A stretch of 64,000 bases of DNA from positions 288,001-352,000 of the forward strand of contig CAVXJS010000019.1 of assembly GCA_963762145.1 (NCBI GenBank), in the 5' to 3' direction. Under the pieces are notes generated by a model. It worked only from the letters and a program-made list of their open reading frames with translations, was not told the origin of the DNA and made no database searches. The stretch is from an uncultured Candidatus Rokubacteria bacterium (GTDB lineage: Bacteria; Methylomirabilota; Methylomirabilia; Rokubacteriales; CSP1-6). Made by a program: the position numbers and the translations under genes. Positions 1 to 9,823 of the stretch are shown here, one piece after another. How positions within the stretch are numbered: the first letter of the stretch is position 1; the number at the start of each line of letters is the position of its first letter.

Positions 1-273
1 GCAGTGCATGTTGAACGTGAGCGCGGTCGAGGCATTGCCCTGCGCGAGTTGCTCGGCGACCAGGCAGTAGGTCTCGTACTCGGCGCCCAGCCCGCCGTGG
101 CGGGCGGGGACGCAGAGGCCGAGGAGGCCGCTGGCCCGGAGATCGGCATAGTCGTCGAACGGGAAGGACGCCTCGCGATCGTGGCGCTCCGCGCGGGGCG
201 CGAAGCGCTCGCGGGCGAGGCGGCGGGCCGTGGCGATCAGCTCGCTCTGGCGGGCGGAGGGCTGGAGGTCCAT
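1..273 (-). CDS. Acyl-CoA dehydrogenase family protein (N-terminal part; runs off window edge)
   Basis: Manual minus-strand translation MDLQPSARQSELIATARRLARERFAPRAERHDREASFPFDDYADLRASGLLGLCVPARHGGLG...ASTALTFNMHC is a typical ACAD N-terminus; not in the ORF track. Confidence 0.85.
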   Translation of the reverse strand, partial: MDLQPSARQSELIATARRLARERFAPRAERHDREASFPFDDYADLRASGLLGLCVPARHGGLGAEYETYCLVAEQLAQGNASTALTFNMHC

Positions 274-338
274 GGCCGCCCGCTACTGTACCGCCTTCCG
301 TGCGTTCTCAATGGATTCTTGCGCTTATACTCTGGCCC

Positions 339-1058
339 ATGACTCGATACTTCTGCCACGAGCATCCCGACGTACTGATCCTCGAGGCCCGTGTCCTGGA
401 CGCCCGGCCGGGCGGGGTCGTCCTCGACCAGTCACCCTTTCATCCCGGCGGAGGCGGCCAGCTCGCGGATCGCGGGACGCTGCGCTGGCACGGCGGCGAG
501 GTCTCGGTGACCGGCATCGAGGCGGCCGGCAATGGACGCTACTGGCATCTCCTGGCGGATGGGGCCGAGCTGAACGGGACGGTGGAAGCCAGGGTCGATG
601 CGGCGTTCCGCTCGATGATGGCCCAGCTCCACACCGACACCCACATCCTGAACGCGCTCGTCTTCCGGCAGTTCCAGGGCGCGCTGGTGACGGGCGCGCA
701 GCTCAACGAGGACGGCACCGCGCGGATGGATTTCGACCTGCCGGAGGCCGACAACGATCGCCTTCGCGCGCTCGAGCCCGAGATCAACGACGTCATCCGC
801 CAGGACCTGCCGGTGCGCTACGCCTACGTCTCCGAGGCGGACGCCCTCGCCGAGCGCGGCCTCGTCCGGAACCGATCGGTGGCGCCGCCGCCCACCGAGG
901 ACGGCACGATCCGGGTGGTCGAGATCGTGGGGCTCGATCGCCAGGCCTGCGGCGGGACCCACCTGGCCTCGACGGCAGGCTCGCGTCCGCTGCGGATCCT
1001 CAAGATCGACAACAAGGGCCGACACAACCGGCGGATCAAGATCGGGCTCGCGGGCTAG
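339..1058 (+). CDS. alaX: Alanyl-tRNA editing protein (AlaX-M type)
   Basis: DQSPFHPGGGGQLADRG, HTDTH (HxxxH) and CGGTH Zn-binding editing motifs. Confidence 0.9.
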   Translation: MTRYFCHEHPDVLILEARVLDARPGGVVLDQSPFHPGGGGQLADRGTLRWHGGEVSVTGIEAAGNGRYWHLLADGAELNGTVEARVDAAFRSMMAQLHTDTHILNALVFRQFQGALVTGAQLNEDGTARMDFDLPEADNDRLRALEPEINDVIRQDLPVRYAYVSEADALAERGLVRNRSVAPPPTEDGTIRVVEIVGLDRQACGGTHLASTAGSRPLRILKIDNKGRHNRRIKIGLAG

Positions 1059-1076
1059 GCCCCGCGGTGAAGCCGG

Positions 1077-1457
1077 TCAGGCGGGGCCGAAGCCGATGAC
1101 GGTCTGGCTGTCGATCTGCACGGGACGGAAGCGCACGGGCAGGCCGGCCTTGAGCGTCTCGAGGGGGATGTCCACGATGCGGCCCAGCAGGGACAGGCCC
1201 TCGTCCAGCTTCACCACCGCGACCGCGTAGGGCACCTCGCCCCCCCGGCCCCGCGGGGCGACGCGGATCACGGTGTGGGACACGATGGTGCCGGCTCCCC
1301 CGAGCGGCACCGGCTGCCAGTCGCGCTGCTGGCAGCTCGCGCAGAACTCCTTCGGGGGGATGGCCAGCTCCCCGCAACGACCGCAGCGGATGCCGGTGAG
1401 CCGGCCCGCGCGTGCTTCTTCGAAGAAGATCTTCAGGTTGATCACACGCTCAGTCAC
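1077..1457 (-). CDS. Zn-ribbon/OB-fold protein (DUF35/ChsH2-like), thiolase partner
   Basis: CGRC...CASC Zn ribbon followed by OB-fold (PYAVAVVKLDEG); overlaps the thiolase stop. Confidence 0.88.
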   Translation of the reverse strand: MTERVINLKIFFEEARAGRLTGIRCGRCGELAIPPKEFCASCQQRDWQPVPLGGAGTIVSHTVIRVAPRGRGGEVPYAVAVVKLDEGLSLLGRIVDIPLETLKAGLPVRFRPVQIDSQTVIGFGPA

Positions 1458-2604
1458 GGCCGAACAGGCTCACGACGACCGTCGCGGTGTTGCCCCCGAG
1501 CGTATGGGTCAGGCCGGTGCGGGCGCCGTCCACCTGACGCCGGTCCGCCTCACCGCGGAGCTGGGTGACGATCTCCGCGATCTGGGCCGCCCCGGTGGCA
1601 CCGATCGGGTGGCCCTTGGCCTTGAGCCCGCCGGATGGATTCACCGGGAGCTTGCCCCCGAGGCTCGTCCAGCCCTTCTCCGCGGCGAGGCCGCCGGTGC
1701 CGGGCTCGAAGAACCCCAGCCCCTCGGTGGCCACGATCTCGGCGATCGTGAAGCAGTCGTGCAGCTCGACCACGTCCACGTCGGTGGGCGTCTTGCCGGC
1801 CTGGCGATAGGCGCCCTGGGCCGCCCGCTCGGTGGCGGTCACGCGGGAGAGATCGCGCTTCTCGTGGACGAACATGGTGTCGGTGGCCGCGTGCGAGCCC
1901 AGCACCCAGATCGGGCGCCGGTGCCGACGGGCCACGTCCTCGGACGCGAGCACGAGGGCGGCGCCGCCGTCCGTGAACGGGCAGCAGTCGTAGAGCTTGA
2001 GCGGATCGGCCACGTACGCGCTCTTGAGCACCGTCTCCAGCGTGATCTCCTTCTGGAACTGCGCCTTCGGATTCAGCACGCCGTGGCGGTGGTTCTTGAC
2101 CGCCACGTGGGCCATCTGCTCCTCGGTGGTGCCGTACTTGTCCATGTGCGCCCGCGCGATCAGCGCGAAGACGCCGGGGAAGGTGAGCCCGGCGGGCTGC
2201 TCGAGGGAGGCGTCCGAGCAGTAGGCGAAGAACTCGGTGGCCGATTCGGTCGGCACGTTCAGCACGCGCTCGGCGCCGCCCACCAGGATCACGTCCGAGG
2301 CGCCGCTCGCGATCGCCATGACCGCGTGCCGGAAGGCCACGTGGCTGGTCGCGCAGGCGTTCTCGAACCGGGTCGTGGGGACGGTGGGGAGGCCGAGCAA
2401 GGTGGCGGCCAGCGGGCCCATGTGGAGCTGACGCTCGGTTTCGCCTCCGGTCACGTTGCCGAAGTACATGGCCTGCACGGCGCTCGGGGCGATCCCGGCG
2501 TCGGTGATGGCGTCGGCGGCGGCGGCCGCGAACAGCTCGGCGCTGGTCCGATCGTGCTTGCCAAACTTGGTGACACCCACCCCGATCACGGCGACGCGAC
2601 GCAT
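1450..2604 (-). CDS. Thiolase family protein (SCP2/archaeal type)
   Basis: MRRVAVIGVGVTKFGK start; ENACATS, VELHDCF, NPSGGLKAKGHPIGATG motifs; true gene is the C-terminal part of ORF 1450..5634. Confidence 0.92.
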   Translation of the reverse strand: MRRVAVIGVGVTKFGKHDRTSAELFAAAAADAITDAGIAPSAVQAMYFGNVTGGETERQLHMGPLAATLLGLPTVPTTRFENACATSHVAFRHAVMAIASGASDVILVGGAERVLNVPTESATEFFAYCSDASLEQPAGLTFPGVFALIARAHMDKYGTTEEQMAHVAVKNHRHGVLNPKAQFQKEITLETVLKSAYVADPLKLYDCCPFTDGGAALVLASEDVARRHRRPIWVLGSHAATDTMFVHEKRDLSRVTATERAAQGAYRQAGKTPTDVDVVELHDCFTIAEIVATEGLGFFEPGTGGLAAEKGWTSLGGKLPVNPSGGLKAKGHPIGATGAAQIAEIVTQLRGEADRRQVDGARTGLTHTLGGNTATVVVSLFGRD

Positions 2605-2713
2605 GAGGTCTCCTGAGCCCGCTGAAAGTATTGACGTTCCTGTACTCGGCATCATACCGCGCCGCTTCGCCAAATGATCGTGAAAGCCGGGGTCGCGTGG
2701 TACGGTGAGCCGC

Positions 2714-3673
2714 ATGACCGTCGAAGAAGCCCTGCTCGCGGTGGTGGGGGCGGTCGCGCTGGTGCTGCTCTTTCTCGGCCTCGCGGACGCCCTCGAAGGA
2801 GATCCGCGCGTGTGGCTCCGCGGGCGCCGCCGGCGCCTCTCGCGGCCCGGGTCGTCCCAGCCCGGCCACCGGTCCGCTGCCCGGGCACCGCTGGCTCGCC
2901 GGGCCACCCCGGTCGCTGCCGCGTCGTCGGACCCGGCGCCGAGGGCCGCCAACCGGCGGGCGGGGACGGCACCGCCTGCCGAGCCCGCCGCGGCGGAGCC
3001 GGAGCCGGCCCGGGCCATGGTGAGCGCGGAGTGGCGAGACCGCGTGGCCGCGCTGATCCGCGGACGCGAGTGCGGCGAGGCGCGCCAGCTCCTCGAGCCG
3101 GCGCTCGAGGGCGGCCTCGTGGATCGGGACACCGCGGAGTTCCTCCTGGACGTCTGCTCCACGGCGGTGGCCCGCGACCTCTGGCGCCTCCGCCGCGCGG
3201 TTCGCCGCGCCGGCGGCGACGAAGCGCCGCTCGCGGGCTCGCTGGAGGTGGCCCGGGTCGTCCTGGAGGCGCCCGTGGCGCAGAGCCTCCCGCGGGAGCA
3301 GCGGCGGCGCGTGACCGGTCGCCTCTGGCGCGGCCACACGCGGCTGGGCCTGCGGCGGTGGCGCGCGGGGACGTTCGAGTCGGCGGTCGAGGCCCTGTTC
3401 CAGGCGCTCGGCGTGCGCGGGATCGACGAGCGCCGGCGCCGGCTCGCCCGCGAGCTGCTGGTCCGCACGCTCGAGGACATGGCGGGCGAGAATCTCGAGC
3501 TGATCCCGCAGCTCCTGGAGGGTGACCGCGCCGCCGCGCTCGGCCAGGCCCAGCGGCTCCTCGAGCACATCCGCCGCACCCGGGAGGAAGGCGTGTCGGC
3601 GGAGGACCTGGCGGTGGCGGCCTCGCGCGCGCGCCAGCTCATGGAGCACATCGAGCACACCCCGGTGCGATGA
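2714..3673 (+). CDS. Hypothetical membrane-anchored alpha-helical (TPR-like) protein
   Basis: N-terminal hydrophobic helix, Pro/Ala linker, helical repeat-like body; ATGA overlap with the next gene. Confidence 0.65.
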   Translation: MTVEEALLAVVGAVALVLLFLGLADALEGDPRVWLRGRRRRLSRPGSSQPGHRSAARAPLARRATPVAAASSDPAPRAANRRAGTAPPAEPAAAEPEPARAMVSAEWRDRVAALIRGRECGEARQLLEPALEGGLVDRDTAEFLLDVCSTAVARDLWRLRRAVRRAGGDEAPLAGSLEVARVVLEAPVAQSLPREQRRRVTGRLWRGHTRLGLRRWRAGTFESAVEALFQALGVRGIDERRRRLARELLVRTLEDMAGENLELIPQLLEGDRAAALGQAQRLLEHIRRTREEGVSAEDLAVAASRARQLMEHIEHTPVR

Positions 3674-5280
3674 CCGATCTCGGCCCCGCCCTGACCCTCG
3701 GCCAGATGGTGGACCGGGCGGCCGCGCGGTTCCCCGACCGGATCGCGGTGGTGTTCAAGCAGGAGCGGATCAGCTACGCGGAGCTCAAGCGCCGCGCCGA
3801 CGATTTCGCCCGCGGGCTCCTCGCGCTGGGGCTCCGGCCCGGAGATCACGTCGTGCTCTGGATGCCCAATCGCGTGGAGTGGAACGTCGCGAACCTCGGC
3901 ATCGCCAAGATCGGCGCGGTGACCGTCACGTGCAACAGCCGCTACAAGGCCTTCGAGCTCGAGTACGTGCTGCGGCAGTCGGACGCGAAGGCTCTGATCA
4001 TGGTGGACCGCTTCGCGGCGGCGTCGGTGGACTACCTGGAGATCCTGCGCGAGCTCGGCCCGCGCGAGCGGTTCCCCGCGCTGCGCCACGTGATCGTGCT
4101 GGGCGCCCAGCGGCCCCCCGAAGCCCTCGGGTTCGACGACGTCGAGCGGTCGGGGCGCGCGGGCGGGGGCGATCTCGACGCGGTCCGGGTGCGCCCCGAG
4201 GATCCGGTGGAGATGCTGTACACCTCCGGCACCACCGGCGAGCCGAAGGGCTGCCTGCTCTCGCACGGGAACATGTTCTACAAGTGCCGGGTCTACACCG
4301 ACCTGCACGCCTGGACGTCGGAGGACCGGTGCCTGGTGCCGGTGCCGTACTTCCACATCTTCGGCTCGATGGGCGGCGTCGCCGCGAACTGCCTCGTGGG
4401 CTCGACCCAGGTGCTGATGGACGTGTTCGATCCGCTGGAAGCCATGCGCCTGATCGAGGCCGAGCGGGTGACGATCTTTTCCGGGGTGCCCACGATGTTC
4501 ATCACGATCCTGGGTCACCCCGCGTTCGGCACGCGCGATCTCCGCTCGCTGCGGACCGGGTCGATCGGGGCCGCGCCGGTCCCGGTGGAGATCATGCGGC
4601 GGATCCTGGACCGCGAGCGCGGGCTCGGCATGGACGCCCTGGTCGTCTACGGGCTCACCGAGGCGACCGGGGGCACGCACTGGACGCGGCCGGGCGATCC
4701 GATCGAGCGCCGGGTGTCCACCGTCGGGGTGCGCACCGCCGAGATCCTGGACCGCGTGCTGGACCCCGCGACCGGAGACGAGCTGCCGCCGGGCGCGGAG
4801 GGCGAGCTGTGCATCAAGGGTCCCACCCTCATGCTCGGCTACTACAACAAGCCCGAGGCCACCGCGGAGAAGATCCGCGACGGCTGGCTGCACACCGGCG
4901 ACATGGCGGTCCGGGACGCGGACGGGTACGTGCGGATCACCGGGCGGCTCACCGACATGATCATCGTCGGCGGCTTCAACACCTACCCGGCGGAGATCGA
5001 GGACTTCCTCCTGCGCCACCCCAAGGTGCTCGACGTCTCCATCGTGGGCGTACCCGACCCGGTGATGGGGGAGGCGGTCATGGCCTTCGTGATCCCGAAG
5101 GATGGGGCCACGCTCGCGCCGGAGGAGATCGTCGCCTTCGCGCGGGGGAAGATCGCCAACTTCAAGGTGCCGAAGTACGTCGAGATCGTGGACCGGTTCC
5201 CGCTCACCGGCTCGGGCAAGGTGCAGAAATTCAAGCAGAAGGCCTACGCGGTCGAGAAGTACTCCCTGCGGGGGGCCTAG
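3670..5280 (+). CDS. AMP-dependent acyl-CoA synthetase
   Basis: YTSGTTGEPKG, YGLTE, GWLHTGD and PLTGSGKVQK adenylation motifs. Confidence 0.95.
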   Translation: MTDLGPALTLGQMVDRAAARFPDRIAVVFKQERISYAELKRRADDFARGLLALGLRPGDHVVLWMPNRVEWNVANLGIAKIGAVTVTCNSRYKAFELEYVLRQSDAKALIMVDRFAAASVDYLEILRELGPRERFPALRHVIVLGAQRPPEALGFDDVERSGRAGGGDLDAVRVRPEDPVEMLYTSGTTGEPKGCLLSHGNMFYKCRVYTDLHAWTSEDRCLVPVPYFHIFGSMGGVAANCLVGSTQVLMDVFDPLEAMRLIEAERVTIFSGVPTMFITILGHPAFGTRDLRSLRTGSIGAAPVPVEIMRRILDRERGLGMDALVVYGLTEATGGTHWTRPGDPIERRVSTVGVRTAEILDRVLDPATGDELPPGAEGELCIKGPTLMLGYYNKPEATAEKIRDGWLHTGDMAVRDADGYVRITGRLTDMIIVGGFNTYPAEIEDFLLRHPKVLDVSIVGVPDPVMGEAVMAFVIPKDGATLAPEEIVAFARGKIANFKVPKYVEIVDRFPLTGSGKVQKFKQKAYAVEKYSLRGA

Positions 5281-6354
5281 CGGGCCGGGTCGGTCGCGCG
5301 GGCGCGCGCTTCCGAGAAGATCTCGAGCGGCATCCCCAGGAACGTGGCGACCACGTCCGGATCGAAGTGGGTGCCCGCCGAGTCGCCGGATCCGATCGCG
5401 CGCCGCCTCGAGCGAGATGGCCTTCGAGTAGGGCCGGTCGAAGGTCATCGCGTCGAAGGCGTCGGCGATCGCGAAGATGCGCGCGCCGAGGGGGATGCTC
5501 GCGCCCCGCGAGCCCGAGCGGATAGCCGGTGCCGTCCCAGCGCTCGTGGTGGTGGTGCACCACCGGGATCGCGTCGCGCAGGAACGGGATGCTTCTCCAG
5601 GATCTGCCGGCCGATCTCGGGGTGCGCTGCGCATGATCGCCCACTCCGCCGGCGTGAGCGGGCCGGGCTTGAGGAGGATCGCGTCGGGGATGCCGATCTT
5701 GCCGATGTCGTGCAGCAGGACGCCGCGGCCCAGCGCGTCGAGCTCGGCGGCGGGCAGCCCGTGCGCGCGCGCGAGGGCCAGCGAGTAGGCGTGGACGCGG
5801 CGGGAGTGCAGCTCGGTGCCGACCTCGCGGGTGGCCAGGACGGAGCCGAGCGCCTCGAGCGTGGCCTGGTAGGTCTGCTGCAGCTCGCCGCAGCGCGGCG
5901 GCGAGATCGCGGGTGGCCTCGGCGACCCGCTGCTCGAGCAGCGCCTGGTGCTCGCGGCGCTCGATCAGGAGCTGGCGGCGCTCGAGCGCGCGCTCGGCCG
6001 AGAGCAGGAGCTGGTCCAGGTTGACCGGCTTCAGGATGAAGTCGCTGGCGCCCATGCTTCAGGCTCTCGACCGCGGTGCGCACGTCGCGCGGCGCCGGTC
6101 AGCACGATCACGGCCGCGTCGGCGTCGACGGGCCTTGAGCGTGCTGGAGGAGCTGGAGACCGTCCATGACCGGCATCTTGAGATCGGTGATCGTGAGCGG
6201 CGGCGCGCTCGGTCTCGAAGAGCTCGAGCCGCCTCCCGGCCGTTGCCCGCCATCCGGCACTCGTAGCCCGCGGAGCCGAACACCGCGCGCAGCGTGGTCG
6301 CGGATGTCGTCGCTCGTCGTCGACGATCAGGACCCGCCGGGCCGAGGCGGTCAC
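5277..6354 (-). CDS. Response regulator with HD-GYP cyclic-di-GMP phosphodiesterase domain (multiple frameshifts)
   Basis: Fragments across frames: RVLIVDDE, ASDFILKP, LHDIGK, HHHERWDGTGYP, ARIFAIADAFDAMTFDRPY. Confidence 0.85.
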
Positions 6355-7396
6355 GCGGTCACGCGCCCGGCCTCCGCGCCGGCGCCGGCCGGCCGCGACG
6401 TCCTCGTGCACCGACACGCGGTTCTTGCCCGCGCGCTTGGCCGCGTAGAGCGCCTCGTCGGCGGCCCGGATGAGCTCCTCGGCGGCGGGGGCCACGTCCT
6501 CGGGCAGGGAGGCGATGCCGAAGCTGGCGGTGACGCGGCGGCCGTGCGCGAAGGTCCAGGTGGAGAGCACGTAGCGGATGCGGTCGGCGTAGAGGCGCGC
6601 GCCGCTCTTGCTGGTCTCGACCAGGAGCACCGCGAACTCGTCGCCGCCGTACCGGCAGATGACGTTGATGCCGCGCGACTGCTTGAGCAGGATCTCGGCC
6701 ATCGCGCGGAGCGTCTCGTCGCCGGCCCCGTGGCCCAGGTCGTCGTTGACCGCCTTGAAGCCGTCGAGGTCGAGCAGCACCACCGAGACCGGGTGGTTGA
6801 AGCGGCGGTAGCGCGAGACCTCTTCCTCGAGCCGGATCGAGAAGAAGCGGCGGTTGTAGAGGCCGGTGACCTCGTCCTTGAACGAGAACTCCTTGAGCTG
6901 GGCGCTGGTGGACTCGAGCTCCTTGTAGGCGGTGTCGAGCCGGCGCGCGTACTCGTTCACGTCGGAGGCCTGCTGCTCGATGGTGACCAGCATGCGCGAG
7001 AAGGAGTGCATGAGCGTGTCCACCTCGTCGCTCTGCTGCACGTACTGCTGCACCGCGGTCGTCTCGAGGCTCGGCGACGGGCCGGGTCGGGCCCGTCGCC
7101 GGTGCGGGCCGCCGCGGCGCATCGAGCGCATCCGCGTGGCGCACCACCGAGGTGGCCAGGTCCCAGAGCATGAAGCTGCCCGCGGCCATGAGGAGCCCGG
7201 TGCCGCCGAGCATCACCAGCATCCACGGCAGGTTGCGCTCCTGGGCCTGGGGATCGAGCAGGGGGAGCGCGTAGGCGTAGACGAGGTAGGCGACCACCAG
7301 CATGGGCAGGAAGGCGGTCAGGCTCATCGCGATCAGAATCTTGCGCTTGATGCGGCGGGCCGCGGGGGTCTCGGCAGCTCTGGCGCGTCTGGCCAT
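6351..7396 (-). CDS. Membrane-anchored diguanylate cyclase (GGDEF), frameshifted
   Basis: Two N-terminal TM helices (ORF 6359..7396), then DEVTGLYNRR, DLDGFKAVND, RYGGDEF, ADEALYAAK (ORF 6031..7131). Confidence 0.88.
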
Positions 7397-7465
7397 GGCG
7401 TCAACCCCAAGGATAAGCGGCGACGGCCCTTCTATGCCGCGAGAATTTCAGCGCGCCGCCCTTCC

Positions 7466-7495
7466 TTGACGGGGCGCGGAAGGCTGGGGTACGGT
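7466..7495 (+). promoter_or_regulatory. Putative sigma70 promoter for tusA (near-leaderless)
   Basis: TTGACG-N18-TACGGT, 8 nt before the ATG at 7504. Confidence 0.5.
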
Positions 7496-7503
7496 AGCTT
7501 GCC

Positions 7504-7755
7504 ATGGCCCAGGAAGCAAAAGTCGTCAATCCTGACAGGCAGATTGACTGCACCGGGCTCTTCTGTCCGATGCCGATCGTGAAGACCCGCGAGGCGATGA
7601 CCCAGATGGCGGCGGGGCAAGTCCTCGCGATGCTCTCCGACGATCCCGCCTCCGACCCGGACATGCGCAGCTGGGCGCAGAACACCGGTCACGAGCTGCT
7701 CGAGGTCACCCGGAACGGGGCGGTCTACCGCTTCGTGATCAGGAAGTCGCGGTAG
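7504..7755 (+). CDS. tusA: Sulfur carrier, TusA/SirA family
   Basis: DCTGLFCPMP (CPxP) motif, 83 aa. Confidence 0.92.
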   Translation: MAQEAKVVNPDRQIDCTGLFCPMPIVKTREAMTQMAAGQVLAMLSDDPASDPDMRSWAQNTGHELLEVTRNGAVYRFVIRKSR

Positions 7756-8951
7756 ATGCCGGTGGAGCCCGCCGGGGTCGAGCCCGGCCGCGTCTATCTC
7801 GACTACGCCGGGTTCGCGCCCGTGGACCCGCGGGTCCTCGCGGTCATGCGCCCGTTCCTGGAAGCGGGGATCGGCAACCCGTCGGCCCGTCACTCGCTGG
7901 GCGCGGAGGCCCGGGAATCCCTCGACGCGGCCCGGGTGAAGGTCGCGCGCCTCTGCGGCGGCGCCTCGGGCGGGATCGTGTTCACCTCCGGCGCCACCGA
8001 GGCCAACAACCTGGCGATCAAGGGCGTGGTCGCCCGCGCCCGCGGGCGGCGGGGCGGTCCGCGTCCTGCTCTCGGCCATCGAGCACATCTCGGTGATCAA
8101 CGCCTGCCGCGACCTCGAGAAGGCCGGGGTGACCGTCGGCTACCTGCCGGTGGACGGCGAGGGTCGCGTCGATCCGGACACGGTGCGCGGCGGCGCTCAC
8201 CGCGGACACGGTGCTCGTCTCGATCGCGGCCGCGAATCCCGAGATCGGCACGGTGCAGCCGATCAAGGACATCGGGCGCGCGACGCACGCGGCGGGCGCC
8301 GTGCTGCACGTGGACGGCGTCGGCGCGCTCGGCCGGGTGCCGCTCAACGTGGAGGCGATGGGGATCGACCTCCTGACCGTTTCCGGGAACGATCTCTACG
8401 CTCCGCCCGGGTGCGGAGCGCTCTGGGTCCGGCCCGGCGTGCGGATCCACCCGCAGGTGCTGGGCGGCGGCCAGGAAGGCGGCTACCGCTCGGGGACCGA
8501 GAACGTGCCCGGCGTGGTCGGCCTCGGAGTCGCCGCCGAGCTGATGCGCGTCGAGGGCGCCCACCAGGAAGCGATCCGGCTGGCCGGCCTGCGCGACCGG
8601 CTCATGCATGGGCTGCTCGAGGCGATTCCGGACTGCCGGCTGACCGGCTCGGCGACCTCGCGACTGCCCCACCACCTGAGCCTCGTGGTGCGCGGGGTGA
8701 AGGCCGACGGCGTGCTCCTCGACCTCGATCTGGACGGCGTGGCCGCCTCTTCGGGATCGGCGTGCGCCTCGCTGACCCAGACGACGTCACACGTGCTGCG
8801 GGCCATCGGCTGCGCGCCCGAGGAGGCGGACGGCTCGCTCTGCTTCACGCTCGGCCGGTGGAGCACCGCCGCCGACGTGGACGCGGTGCTCGACCGGCTG
8901 CCGCCCATCGTGGCGCGCCTGCGCGCGCTGGCCGCCGCGCTCCACAGCTAG
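7756..8951 (+). CDS. IscS/NifS-like class V PLP-fold protein with Asp in place of the PLP-binding Lys (frameshifted)
   Basis: YLDYAG, GNPSARH, FTSGATEANN, GGGQE, RSGTENV, SSGSAC; SGNDLYAPPG where SAHKxxGPKG is canonical. Confidence 0.88.
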
Positions 8952-8968
8952 ACCGCCCGCCTCGCGCC

Positions 8969-9659
8969 GTGAAGCTGGTCCTGTTCGACATCGACGGCAC
9001 GCTGATCACGTCCCGCGGCGCGGGGCGGCGCGCGATGCGGGCCGCGCTCGAGCGGGTCTTCGGCACCGCCGGAGGGATCGACGAGTACAACCTGGCCGGG
9101 CGGACCGACACCCGCATCGTCCACGACGTGATGGGCGCCCTCGGCTGGGAATCCGCGCGGGTGAACGAGCGCCTCGACGACTTCTTCGAGGCCTACGCGA
9201 GCGGACTCGTCGGGCGAGATCGGGGACGGCCGCCACGTCGTCACGCTGCCGGGGGTGGCCGCGGTCGTGGAGGGCCTGGCCGCGTCCCCGGACGTGGTCC
9301 TGGGCCTGGTGACGGGCAACATCGAGGAGGGCGCCCGGATCAAGCTCCTGCCCACCGGGCTCTGGCCGCACTTCCGGGTCGGGGCCTACGGCTCCGATCA
9401 CATGGACCGCCGGCGCCTGCCGTCGCTCGCGACGCGCCGGGCCCACGCGCTGGTGGGTTACGCCTTCGCGCCGCCCGAGGTGGTCGTGATCGGCGACACC
9501 CCGCACGACATCGACTGCGCCCGCGCCTTCGGTGCGGTGGCGATCGCGGTCACCACCGGCCAGTACACGCGCGCCGAGCTCCTCGCCGACCGGCCGGACC
9601 ACTTGTTCGACGACCTGGGCGATGTCGCAAAGGTGCTCGAAGCTGTGCTGGGCCGGTGA
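8969..9659 (+). CDS. HAD-superfamily hydrolase (frameshifted)
   Basis: KLVLFDIDGTL motif I, LVTGN motif II, VIGDTPHD motif IV. Confidence 0.88.
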
Positions 9660-9689
9660 GAGCGTCGGAACGAAAGTACGCCGGACCCG

Positions 9690-9745
9690 AGCCGCGCGGA
9701 GCGCGGCAATGGGGGAGTGCGGGGGCCATTTCTGGGCCCCCGCAT
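9690..9745. repeat. Dispersed palindromic repeat, copy 1
   Basis: 55/56 nt identical to 33085..33140; hairpins GCCGCGC-GGA-GCGCGGC and TGCGGGGGCC-N7-GGCCCCCGCA. Confidence 0.9.
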
Positions 9746-9823
9746 TAGAAAAGTAAAGCGGGTTGCCCCACGCCAGAGCGTCGCAGCCCACCCGGTGTAC
9801 GGGTCTCAGCCAGGCGGGCCGTG

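Noticed and set aside
1450-5634. Giant ORFs (1394 aa here, also 48659..53107 and 55718..58615) and many long antisense ORFs
   Set aside because: Stop-poor shadow frames of very GC-rich DNA; only the thiolase and pstA portions are real.
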